DNA of 64,000 bases. Origin: a virus. This document shows, in pieces, positions 38,892 to 48,920 of the stretch (within the stretch, counting starts at the first letter, position 1; the number at the start of each line of letters is the position of its first letter). A program made the position numbers and the translations under genes. Location of the stretch: the IMG/VR virus record IMGVR_UViG_3300032070_000002, positions 26,230 through 90,229 of that record; one strand, written 5' to 3'. The notes under the pieces are model-generated. The model saw only the letters and a program-made list of their open reading frames with translations, did not search any database and was not told the DNA's origin.

Positions 38892-39155
38892 ATGAATATT
38901 GAAGAATTATTAAAAAAATTGGAATCCCAAATAAAATACTTATCTAATAATTTTAAGATTCCGGGAATGACAAATAAGGATATTGCACAAGAATTAAACT
39001 TAATGATAATTGAGGACTTTAAAAAATATTCCTCGGATACGTATGATAAGGGATGGTGGTTTAAAAGATTAAAGTGGCATATTCAAAATAAAGCAATGAA
39101 AGAATCCAAAGAACCGGTAAATAGATCGATAAGAATACACACCTTTGGAGAATAA
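38892..39155 (+). CDS. Sigma70 region-2-like protein
   Basis: IKYLSNNFKIPGM...DIAQEL (SigH/ComX-like region 2). Confidence 0.6.
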   Translation: MNIEELLKKLESQIKYLSNNFKIPGMTNKDIAQELNLMIIEDFKKYSSDTYDKGWWFKRLKWHIQNKAMKESKEPVNRSIRIHTFGE

Positions 39156-39548
39156 ATGAGTAATCGTGAAGAACAAGATATAGGTAAAATTTTAGATAGT
39201 TTAGTAGATTCTAGTACTAAGGATCAAATAGAGTTACTTTTATTAGTAGAAAAACTATCTGAAAAATTAGATAGACGACAAGCGTTAATTGTAAGATTAT
39301 TATTATTAGATAATTCTCAAGCGGATATAGCAAAAATATTAGGCTATAGTGCACCGACGATTAGTATAAGTATTAAAAAAATTAGAAAAGCTTTATGTGA
39401 TACGATACAAGAAGAATGGGGCGTTCTCCCTAATAAATTATATAAAAAATTAAAAATAAAATCAAAGAAAGAAACAAATACAACTGTTTTTAATTTAGAA
39501 GGAGATAAGTCTAATGGAGTTAAGGGATCTAAAGGCGGTAGAACGTAG
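39156..39548 (+). CDS. Sigma70 region-4-like HTH protein
   Basis: LDRRQALIVRL....SQADIAKILGYS..TIS..IKKIRKAL. Confidence 0.7.
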   Translation: MSNREEQDIGKILDSLVDSSTKDQIELLLLVEKLSEKLDRRQALIVRLLLLDNSQADIAKILGYSAPTISISIKKIRKALCDTIQEEWGVLPNKLYKKLKIKSKKETNTTVFNLEGDKSNGVKGSKGGRT

Positions 39549-40026
39549 AAAAATAGTAAGAAAATACATACGTCAAAATTTAACCGAAGTAGAAATGGCT
39601 AAGCGTTTAAGCGTAAATGTTAGTACCATTTGTGAAGACGTTTCTATTATAAGGGATGAAAATTCTCAGCGAATTTTAGCTAATAAAAATTTAATAGATA
39701 AGGATATAGATGCATTATTGAAAGCGTTATATAATATAAGTGAGGTAGATGAGGAATCTTGGAAAATATATTATGAAGCAAAAGACGATCAAACAAAATT
39801 GCAAGCTTTAGAGAAAATAAGACAAAATAATTTAGACCGTGCAAAATTACTTAAACTATTAAATCCTTCGCAAGTTAGTATAGAAAAATTGGTATATATA
39901 CAAAATTTAATACCTATAATGGTAGAAAAAATTGTAAATATTGCAATAAATTATATTACCGATAAGGATAAACAAATTGAATTTTTAGGTAGGGTAAAAG
40001 ATACTGATATAGAAGGAGAAAATTAA
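39514..40026 (+). CDS. HTH protein, probable terminase small subunit
   Basis: RR.IV.......T..EMAKRL.V..STI..D; helical C-terminus; upstream of terL. Confidence 0.5.
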   Translation: MELRDLKAVERRKIVRKYIRQNLTEVEMAKRLSVNVSTICEDVSIIRDENSQRILANKNLIDKDIDALLKALYNISEVDEESWKIYYEAKDDQTKLQALEKIRQNNLDRAKLLKLLNPSQVSIEKLVYIQNLIPIMVEKIVNIAINYITDKDKQIEFLGRVKDTDIEGEN

Positions 40027-40692
40027 ATGGAAGATAAAGAAATGACCTCTCAGGAAATTGATACGGAAATACAAAAGCTTTTAGAGTTAAAGAAAAAACG
40101 TGAAACAAAAATAAACGATTATAATTATAAACCGTTAAGAAGTAAATTAGCTTATGATTTACAGCCTATAAAAATATTAACCGGCGGCCTTAAAACTTTA
40201 ATAGTTATTTTATTAATAGGCGGTGCCCTTGTTATGTACGGTTATTGGAAAGGTAAACACGGCAAACCTATAATGGTAGATATGAAAGATTTTCAAGCTA
40301 AAGTTTCTTGTACTTACGATAAAGGAAAAGAACATACTATAGCTGTTAAAAATTATCAAATGTATTTTGATGAAAATCCTATAACGGAAGGGGACATACC
40401 TAAATTAAAACCCTATGGAATAAGTCTTAAACCGGCTTTGTTTGCAGGCTTAGGAACTAAAGGCCCGGCTATAGGCGCAGGCTTTGAATTAGCACATTTC
40501 TACAAATTAAATTTAGATGCATTTTTAATGAGTGATAAAGCTATTTATGCGGGGTTAAGTTACGATTTAAGTATAGATAGTAAAACAACAATAAATTGGT
40601 TTCAAAATAGTAGCGTAGGTTTAGCTTTAGGAAAAGGATTTGATAATCCAAATGATACAAGAGTAATGATATATTTTAAGGTAAAATTTTAA
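40027..40692 (+). CDS. Membrane protein with C-terminal amphipathic beta-strands
   Basis: TM helix at ~aa 55-75; alternating G/aromatic strands ending YFKVKF. Confidence 0.45.
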   Translation: MEDKEMTSQEIDTEIQKLLELKKKRETKINDYNYKPLRSKLAYDLQPIKILTGGLKTLIVILLIGGALVMYGYWKGKHGKPIMVDMKDFQAKVSCTYDKGKEHTIAVKNYQMYFDENPITEGDIPKLKPYGISLKPALFAGLGTKGPAIGAGFELAHFYKLNLDAFLMSDKAIYAGLSYDLSIDSKTTINWFQNSSVGLALGKGFDNPNDTRVMIYFKVKF

Positions 40693-41193
40693 AGGGGGCA
40701 ACGGTGGATAAAAATAATATAAATCCTAATGAATTTGATGCAAACAAAATGGATATATGGACAAGACAATTAGAGGCGTCTGTACATTTATTAGAATACT
40801 TATATGGTATCCTTTATACGTATAAACAAAAAGGTGTTACGTTATATAGTATGGCCTATTTAATAGATTTAATTTGTGCTCATTTAATGCACTTTTACGG
40901 TGGTGATATTTCTAAAATAAAAGAAATTAAAGAAGAAGCGAAAAAAGAATTAGACACTTATAAAGAACAAGAACAAAGGGATGGATCGACGGAAATAGAA
41001 AAGGTAACTAAGGAACTAAAAGATTTAGGGATAAATTTTAAAGTTTTATACGATCCTAAAATGAAAAAAGCTTATCCTAATATAGATATTAGTAAATTTG
41101 TAACTAAGGAAATGATAGACGATTGGATGTTAAAAAATATGGATAAAGTGTTAGATAACTATTTGGAGAAGAAAAAACAAAAAGAGAGTAAAA

Positions 41194-41640
41194 ATGATAG
41201 TATGTGAAAATTGTAAACAAGAAGTAGACTATTTAAAAGAAATAGAAGTTTGTATGGGCGCAATATTATGTCCTCATTGTAATGTTATAATAAATCAAGA
41301 CGGTACAATTTTAGAGGATCGATCGGAATTAGAAAAGTTGTGTAAAAGATGCGGAATGTGCTGTCATAGTAAAGTAAAAATAAATAATGAAGTTTGTATA
41401 TTTTTAAATAATCCTTGTACTCATTTGACATATGAAGAAGATGAAAAAGGATATACAAGAGCAAAGTGTTTAGTATATGAAAAAAGATTTAATAGAGAAG
41501 AAATAGGCATAATTTGTATACCTATTGATATAGCAATAAAGAAAGGAATTCTTCCTGAAGGATGCGGATATTTAAAGATAGTACCAAAGAATTATATTCC
41601 TGCAAAAGTAGTAAGTAAGTTAACAGATATTTCCCTATGA
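41194..41640 (+). CDS. YkgJ/CxxCxxCC Cys-cluster protein with N-terminal Zn ribbon
   Basis: LCKRCGMCC, C..L......C.VYE.R, LPEGCGY. Confidence 0.75.
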   Translation: MIVCENCKQEVDYLKEIEVCMGAILCPHCNVIINQDGTILEDRSELEKLCKRCGMCCHSKVKINNEVCIFLNNPCTHLTYEEDEKGYTRAKCLVYEKRFNREEIGIICIPIDIAIKKGILPEGCGYLKIVPKNYIPAKVVSKLTDISL

Positions 41641-41709
41641 GGTATGCAGAAGCAGTAAGGAAAAAGTTATAAAGATATAAGTAATTGATATCTATAAAGA
41701 TAAAAGAGA

Positions 41710-44418
41710 ATGGATAAACCTTTAAGAAGCCAAGATAGACAATTAGATTACAAACAAAAGATAAGGGAAATGATCGATAGAAAAATATTCCTACTAACAG
41801 ACGATTCAATATATGATGAAAAACCCGTCACTCCTTCTGTGTTTTTTAGCGATTGGATGAAACAACCCTTATTTCCCTTACAACAAATAGCCGTAAATGA
41901 TATATTAGTAGAACTGGATAATGAGGGTAATTCACAATGGAATACTAAGTACGAGGAAGCGTATCTATTATGGGGCGAAGGTTGCATTGACGGAGGTACT
42001 TTAATTAAGGATACGGTAACAAAAGAAGCGCATACTTTAAGGTCTTGGTATAGATTAAATAAATCATTTAATGTAATAGCTTATGATTTTGAAAATTCGT
42101 CTTTTGTAATAACAAAAGCAGATGTACCTTATTTAAAAGGTAGTACTTCTTTGTATGAAGTAGTAACCTTGGCAGATTCCGGAAAATATATTAGAAGAAT
42201 AGTTTGTACAAAGGAACATAAATTTTTTACTAAAGAAGGTTGGAAACAGTTAAAAGATATTAAGGAAGGAGATAATATAGCCTATTATGACCACGGTAAT
42301 GCTATTTTACAAATAAAACAACAACCGCCTTGGAATAAGAATAAAAAGTGGAATGTATTAAATAAACAGCATATTAGTTACGGAGTAAAAAATTCAGTTA
42401 AATATAAAACTTACTTAAGTTCGGATAAACGGAAAGAGTGGCTTAAAACTATAGGGGCTAAGTTATCCGAACAATTTAGAAAAACTCCTTGGAAGTTTAT
42501 TTCTAAAGGGGGAAGGTGTAAAATAGTAAAATATAAAAATACCTATGTTCAAGGTAACGATGAATACCGATTTGTAAAGCTATTAGATGAATTAGACATA
42601 CCTTGGGAAAGATGTAAACAGTGGTTTAAGTATACCTATGAAGGAAAAGAACATAATTATCAACCTGATTTTGTAGTCAATCTTAACGGTAACAAAATAT
42701 TATATGAAATTAAGGGTTGGTTAAGGCCCGTTGATGAAGTAAAATTAAATGCGGTAAGAAACTCAAATAGACCTATAGTGTTAGTAACAAGCGATAAATT
42801 AGAATTAATGTTGAAAAATAAAAATATAATTACTAATCATACAAAATTAAAGTTTACAAAAATAGTATCTATTAAGTATAAAAAAGAAGGCGACTACTAT
42901 GACTTTAACGTGCCCGTATATCACAATTACTTATTAAAAGGATTATTACACCATAATAGCGGAAAAGATTTTACCGTAAGTAGGATATGGACTTATACAA
43001 TTTATTGGTTATTATGTTTAAAGAATCCTCAAATGTACTTTAGGTTAGGAGGAGATACAGAACCGATAGATTTAGTAAACGTATCTTTTGATGAGGAACA
43101 AGCTCAACACGTATTTTTTAAGAAGTTTAAAAGTGCATTAGGAAGTGTAGTAAATCCTGCAACAGGAAAGAAATGGTTTGAGGAAAAAGGAATGGTAATA
43201 AAGGAAACAAGTAAAGCTCAGATAATAGAATTTCCTAAACACATAACCACATACAGTTTGAATAGTAAGGAATATAAGGCAGAAGGGAAAAACGTTTTAA
43301 TGGCTTTGTTTGATGAAATGGCTGTATTTAAAGTAGATAAGGCAGATGAGTTGTATAAGAACCTTAAGGGAAGTATGCGTTCAAGATTTCCTAAACAACA
43401 CAAATTTATAGCTATAAGTTACAAACGAGATGATTATGATTATATGATGATAAGGTGGGAGAAAACAAAAGATAATGAAAGGATATATAGAAGCGGGCCC
43501 CTTGCTACCTGGGAAGTAAACAAATTAAAAACCCGAGAAGACTTTAACGAAGCTTACGTTACTGACCCCGAAGATTCCGAACGTAGGTACGAATGTAAGG
43601 GTAGTACAAGTAAGGGAGGTTACTTTAAATTTAAAGAAAAGATTGTAGAGAATATAAACAAAAACAGAACCTCACCCGTATTAGATGAAACTATTCCAAT
43701 ACGTGATATCTTGGGAATAAGATTTAAAAATGATTTTATAGGTAAAGAAAATTATAAGTACCGAATACAAATTGACTTAGCTAAAGGAAAGGATTTAGAA
43801 AATTCAAAAGCAGATTGTGCAGGATTTGCATTAGGGCATCTTGAACCTACTGAGGAAGAAGATAAACCTAAAGTAATAGTTGACTTAATGATGCAATTAA
43901 AATCAGAGCCGGGCAAGGAAATACAATTTGAGCATATACGACAACTCATTTATGATTTAATTGTAAAAAGAAATTTTAGTATAGGTAAGGTAACCCTTGA
44001 CGGATATCAATCAACTGACTTTATGCAACTATTAAGTAATAAAGGAATAGAGTGCGAATTATTATCCGTAGATAAAGATACAAGCGCCTACGATACAATG
44101 AAGGGTTTAATATATACTGGAAGGTTAGACTACTACGGACATAAAGTTTTTATTAGAGAGTGTGAAGAAGTAAGGTTAATAAACGGAAAGGTAGACCATC
44201 CTGACTTATCTCGTAGGCGAGCCTTTGAAGAAAAAGATGAAAGAGGTAGTAAGGATGTAAGTGACGCTGTTGCAGGGTTATGTAAAAGTTTAATAGGCGA
44301 TAGGCCTACTACTACAAAATGGTTAGGTATGAATGAACCCGACGAGGAAAACAAAGACGGCGCAAACAAAAGGGAATACGGTGATAATTATAAAATAGAG
44401 GATGAAGACGATGATTAA
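41710..44418 (+). CDS. terL: Terminase large subunit with intein
   Basis: PLQ, Walker A GEG|SGKD, Walker B LFDE, IS, nuclease IDLA, DGYQS, KVDHP...SKDVSDAVAG. Confidence 0.92.
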   Translation: MDKPLRSQDRQLDYKQKIREMIDRKIFLLTDDSIYDEKPVTPSVFFSDWMKQPLFPLQQIAVNDILVELDNEGNSQWNTKYEEAYLLWGEGCIDGGTLIKDTVTKEAHTLRSWYRLNKSFNVIAYDFENSSFVITKADVPYLKGSTSLYEVVTLADSGKYIRRIVCTKEHKFFTKEGWKQLKDIKEGDNIAYYDHGNAILQIKQQPPWNKNKKWNVLNKQHISYGVKNSVKYKTYLSSDKRKEWLKTIGAKLSEQFRKTPWKFISKGGRCKIVKYKNTYVQGNDEYRFVKLLDELDIPWERCKQWFKYTYEGKEHNYQPDFVVNLNGNKILYEIKGWLRPVDEVKLNAVRNSNRPIVLVTSDKLELMLKNKNIITNHTKLKFTKIVSIKYKKEGDYYDFNVPVYHNYLLKGLLHHNSGKDFTVSRIWTYTIYWLLCLKNPQMYFRLGGDTEPIDLVNVSFDEEQAQHVFFKKFKSALGSVVNPATGKKWFEEKGMVIKETSKAQIIEFPKHITTYSLNSKEYKAEGKNVLMALFDEMAVFKVDKADELYKNLKGSMRSRFPKQHKFIAISYKRDDYDYMMIRWEKTKDNERIYRSGPLATWEVNKLKTREDFNEAYVTDPEDSERRYECKGSTSKGGYFKFKEKIVENINKNRTSPVLDETIPIRDILGIRFKNDFIGKENYKYRIQIDLAKGKDLENSKADCAGFALGHLEPTEEEDKPKVIVDLMMQLKSEPGKEIQFEHIRQLIYDLIVKRNFSIGKVTLDGYQSTDFMQLLSNKGIECELLSVDKDTSAYDTMKGLIYTGRLDYYGHKVFIRECEEVRLINGKVDHPDLSRRRAFEEKDERGSKDVSDAVAGLCKSLIGDRPTTTKWLGMNEPDEENKDGANKREYGDNYKIEDEDDD
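41983..42957 (+). mobile_element. Intein in terminase Walker A with PD-(D/E)XK (TnsA-like) endonuclease (325 aa)
   Basis: CIDGGTLI, CTKEHKF, YQPDF...YEIKGW, YDF.VP.YHNY...GLLHHN|S. Confidence 0.92.
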
Positions 44419-44977
44419 TACGGATATTAATTCAAAAACTTTACAGGAACTACTTAAACTTAAAGGCGCAAATGCGGTAGGAGTAGAAAGAAGTTTAGTA
44501 AGAGATGTAATGATATTTACCTTTATATATAAAAATGATAAAATAAAACACTATGAATTAGCTTTTGAAGAATTAGAAGATACCAAAGGATTAGGTATAT
44601 TATCACATATGCCAATTAATTGTGCATACTTTATAAATAGTAAATTACTTGAGATAGATGAAAAGAAAATATATCACGCTATTACTTGTAATTGTTATGA
44701 TTGTAGAAAGGGTATTTCTTTAAAAGCAAAAGATTAATAGGAGATAAAAAATGAAATATTGTTCTCATTGCGAAAGAGTATTTGAAGATAGTTATGAAAA
44801 GTGTCCGGAGTGTAAAGGCGAATTAGTTACGATAGATAATACTATGGTAGTATAAAATGAAACCTACTCCCGGAGGATAAAATGAATTTAATACTAGGAA
44901 TAGTTTTATGTTGTATGGGACACCCTATTATAGGTATATTAGTAATACTATGTACAGATAGTATTTAAGAGGTAACT

Positions 44978-45340
44978 ATGCCTATCTATGTTTACGAGTG
45001 TAATAAGTGTAAAAGAACCTTCGAAGTGTTCCAGAAAATAACGGATTTAGCATTGACTAGCCATTTAGATTGTAACGAGGGCCACGAAGGATTAGCAGTC
45101 CCTTGCGACGGTAAAATAGGGAGGCTAATACAGCCCTGTGCAGTAATATTTAAAGGTTCAGGTTGGACACCTAAACACTTTACTAAGACAGGGCATAAGC
45201 AAAAGAAAGTAGATGATGCACTTAAACGAATGGGTGTAGAAGATGCTTCTGAAGGGTGGAGTAAAACATCTGATAAAGATGTAAAGGTAAAAGGAAAAAG
45301 AAAACGAGCAAAGAAGTTAGGCTATTTAAAGCTAGATTAA
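44978..45340 (+). CDS. FmdB-family zinc-ribbon protein
   Basis: MPIYVYECNKC...FE, FKGSGW. Confidence 0.8.
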   Translation: MPIYVYECNKCKRTFEVFQKITDLALTSHLDCNEGHEGLAVPCDGKIGRLIQPCAVIFKGSGWTPKHFTKTGHKQKKVDDALKRMGVEDASEGWSKTSDKDVKVKGKRKRAKKLGYLKLD

Positions 45341-46234
45341 GAGGAGGATAAAATGGGCGATGAAGTAAAGAAAGATAAAAAAGAAGAATTAGTAGACGGT
45401 AAACCTAAAGAAGAAAAGGTAACTTCTGAAAAGGAAAATCCTAAAGAAAATAATGGCGAGAAGAGTCAACCCGTACCTACCCCGGAACAAGAAATGTTAC
45501 AAAAGGAAATAGCTTTGTTACAAGAAAAAGCAAAATTAATGAGAGGAAGGATGGAAGGAGCCTCGAAAGAGATAAATGAAGTACTTAAGAAGTATGGTCT
45601 AGAAATAAGGGTAGTACACGAAATAAAATTTGTTCCGTTAAAAAACGAATAAGGTTAAGGAGGTAGAATATGTTTAATAGACATATGCGTAGAGCATTGC
45701 CTAAGATTGCAGCTAAGGAAAAACGCGCTTCAGATAAAATAAGTAAACGAGGTCCGGTGTGTATTATATCTTTAAAGGTATTTGAAAAGTTTAATGAGTT
45801 AACGCCTAGGATGGTAGAATACCTAGGAGACGTAAGAAAAAAGATAACAAATGAGTTGACTAAAAAGAGAATAGATACTATTCTACAAAAACCTCATTTA
45901 AACAGAGATCCTATCCTTGACTTTGATACTTCGGTAAAACCTAGATATAGTGATAGGAAGTATAGAGAGTTAGGATATGAATCGGAAGAAGATTTTAAGA
46001 TTAAGAATGAAGTAAAAGAATTAGTAACTAGTTTAAAAGGAAAGGGAGTAATAAAATGAATCCAATAATTTATGTTTGCGGTATTTGTAATCCTAGCGGA
46101 GAAATGAAAGTACTTAAAGCATTCTTTGTTAGGGAAGAAGCGGAAATGTTTAGAGAGGAATATGTTCCTGAACCAAACGAGTTAAGAGGTACAATAACTA
46201 TAAAAGAAGTTGAGTTAGAATAAGGAGGATTAAT

Positions 46235-46348
46235 ATGATGGACTGAGGTGAAACAATAAAAGGTACGTTAATTAATTTATTAACAGTTCTTATAATATTA
46301 GGTATTTGGAAATTGATAGAGATAATAATTTTAGCATTTAAAAAATAG
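46235..46348 (+). pseudogene. Small TM-protein gene with TGA at codon 4
   Basis: AGGAGG RBS, MMD*GETIKGTLINLLTVLIILGIWKLIEIIILAFKK. Confidence 0.5.
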
Positions 46349-47155
46349 GGAGATAAAAATGAAAGAACTACTTATAGTTGCGATAGAGAGGGATGTACTT
46401 TTGAGACTACGGATAAGAAAATGTTAATGACGGTTATTAAGTATAACATAACTACAAGTAAAAGAGGTAAAGCAAAAGCTATCAGAATAGAGAAACATTA
46501 TTGTTCTGATACGTGTTTAAAAAAGGCTAACGGCTATGGCGATTAAGATTAAGATTGATAGAAAGGCGTTAGAAAAGTAATGAACGAAAAACTACAAAGA
46601 ACATATTATATAGTAGGAATAATTCAAAGGTTAAGTATGGTAGCACTAACCTTCGGAATGATGGTTGCGTCATATAAGATTTATGAATTATCAATAAAGT
46701 CATTAGAGTTAATTCAAAGTTATGGAATAGAGATAAAGGAAATTCATAAATTACTTGAAACAATTTATACGATGTTACACAAATCGTGGTTCTTTTAAAG
46801 GAGAAATAAAATGTTTGAAGCATTAAGATTTATTAAGGATGTAATAGCTATAACAATATGCACTATAGGCGGCGCGATTTACGACGTAGGCTATTTTATA
46901 GGAAATTTATAAATGTTTACCTCAATATGTATCACGGCGTTAATTTTATTTTGTATCTTAGTAATAAGAAAATGGTATAAAGATTATCACGGTAAAATAA
47001 AAGATATTGGTAGAGACGATTGGATGATGGAAGATTAAAATGGATAACGATGTTGAAACAAAAAATCACTATTTAAAGTGTTGCGGTGAAGTTATGTTAA
47101 ATTATTATATAAAGCCTGACGGCGATTGTATAAGGGAATATTGGCGATGTAATAA

Positions 47156-47668
47156 ATGTTTAACGTTAATAGAGGTAAGTATATTAAAATGAAAATAACA
47201 GAAAGTCAATTAATAAGAAAGATAAGGTATTGGGCAAAGAAGTTTGGTATAAATAAGCTACATATTTGTACGGATAATAAAACAAGGTATCAAGGTTATG
47301 TTATGGAAATAAGCGGAGAGCCCTATTTTTATTTTAATATAAATGTTGTAAATAAAAGTAAGAAGGGTTTTACAGAAGCTTTTATTTTTCACGAGTTAGG
47401 ACACATACTTTATAAAACATATTGGTATGATAAACGGGAAAAAATAAATAGAATAAAAAGTGAATATTTAGCAGAAAAGTTTGCTTATGAAATGATAGAA
47501 AAGTATTTTCCAAATAAATTAAAAAGGGTAATAAGTGTTACGTTAAAATATATTTATAATAATAAATGGCAAAAGAAATATCCAATACATACAATAGCAT
47601 TTACAAAATTATATTTAGAAAAGACGAGGCATAGAGATGCGATTATATACAGCGGATACTCATTTTAA
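47156..47668 (+). CDS. HEXXH zinc metallopeptidase-like protein
   Basis: FIFHELGH...E..AE.FA; true start likely ATG ~47189. Confidence 0.65.
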   Translation: MFNVNRGKYIKMKITESQLIRKIRYWAKKFGINKLHICTDNKTRYQGYVMEISGEPYFYFNINVVNKSKKGFTEAFIFHELGHILYKTYWYDKREKINRIKSEYLAEKFAYEMIEKYFPNKLKRVISVTLKYIYNNKWQKKYPIHTIAFTKLYLEKTRHRDAIIYSGYSF

Positions 47669-48200
47669 TCATAAGTTAATTGCAGATATAAGAAGTTATT
47701 CAGGCGGAATGGGATTTAAGTCTACCCAAGAACACGACGAATTTATTATAAAGACTTGGAATAATTATGTAGGAAAAAAAGATGAGGTTTGGCATCTCGG
47801 CGATTTTTGTTTTGGAAGTCACGAAATTGTAAGAAGTATAAGAGCAAGATTAAATGGAAAGATTCATTTAGTATTAGGCAATCACGATTATGCAAACAAG
47901 CTATTTAATATTAAAGGATGTTTTACATCGTTTAATGATATTAAAGAAATAAAATTAGGAGGCGGAAGAGTTGTAATTTTATGTCATTATGCTATGAGAG
48001 TATGGAGTAGGTCGCATTATAATTCCGGGCAACTATACGGCCACTCTCACGGCCGTTTAAAAGGATTAGGTAAACAGTGGGATGTAGGATTAGATAATAA
48101 TGGATTTAGATTGTTGACGGATAGAGATATTATAGAGATAATGAGAAAACTACCGGACAACGTAAATTTAATAAAAGATAAAGAAGGAATTAAGTGGTAG
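47637..48200 (+). CDS. Calcineurin-like metallophosphoesterase
   Basis: ADTHF.H, HLGDF, GNHD, CHY, GHSHG, DVG.D. Confidence 0.9.
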   Translation: MRLYTADTHFNHKLIADIRSYSGGMGFKSTQEHDEFIIKTWNNYVGKKDEVWHLGDFCFGSHEIVRSIRARLNGKIHLVLGNHDYANKLFNIKGCFTSFNDIKEIKLGGGRVVILCHYAMRVWSRSHYNSGQLYGHSHGRLKGLGKQWDVGLDNNGFRLLTDRDIIEIMRKLPDNVNLIKDKEGIKW

Positions 48201-48920
48201 TATATAAGGAGGATAAAATGATATATAAAGGCAAATTCGGCGCAGATAAAATAAAATACAAAGATGGCGTAGGTTGTTGTATTTGGCAAATCATAAATAA
48301 AATAGACCCGGATACCGGGCTTTGTTGGGATTTTAGTTATAAAGATATAGATACGATAATAAATCTATTGCAAGAATTAAAAAAAATTAAACCAATTATT
48401 TTCAAGGAGAATAAAAAATGAAAACAATTTCAGGACAACCGTTTAATTCTGAGAAAGAACAAAGGCCGGATATGGGCGAAATGATTATAGCCAATATGAA
48501 AGCTAATTGTGATGCTTGCATAGTTAAAAAGAACTTAGGAGAGTGTGAATTTAAAAAGAATACTTTAAAATGTTTAATAGCACAAAGGCGTGTAAAGAAA
48601 GTATTAGCAGAAGAAAATGATGGCGAAGAAGAGAAAGAAGATAGGGGTTTAGTTGATGAACAAAACAAGGGAATAAAAAGTTTATTAGACTTAGCCGTAG
48701 AAGAAGACGATGATAAAGAAGAAGAAGAAAAGGAGGAAGACGATTAAAATGAGTTATGTATTATTCTTTAAAGTAGAAAGTCAAAAAGATAGTAGATGTT
48801 CTTTTGCGAAACAAATTAATACCTTAGAGGAAGCTTTAATAGAACGTGAAATACTAATCCGAAACGGATATCGGGACGAAAAGGTAATACATACTAGATT
48901 GATAGAGGGTAGAATATAAG

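Noticed and set aside
39153-39158. Programmed readthrough fusing sigma2 and sigma4
   Set aside because: In-frame TAA-ATG junctions are common here between unrelated genes (8205/6, 13169/70, 21064/5, 40026/7, 52074/5), and the second ORF has its own RBS
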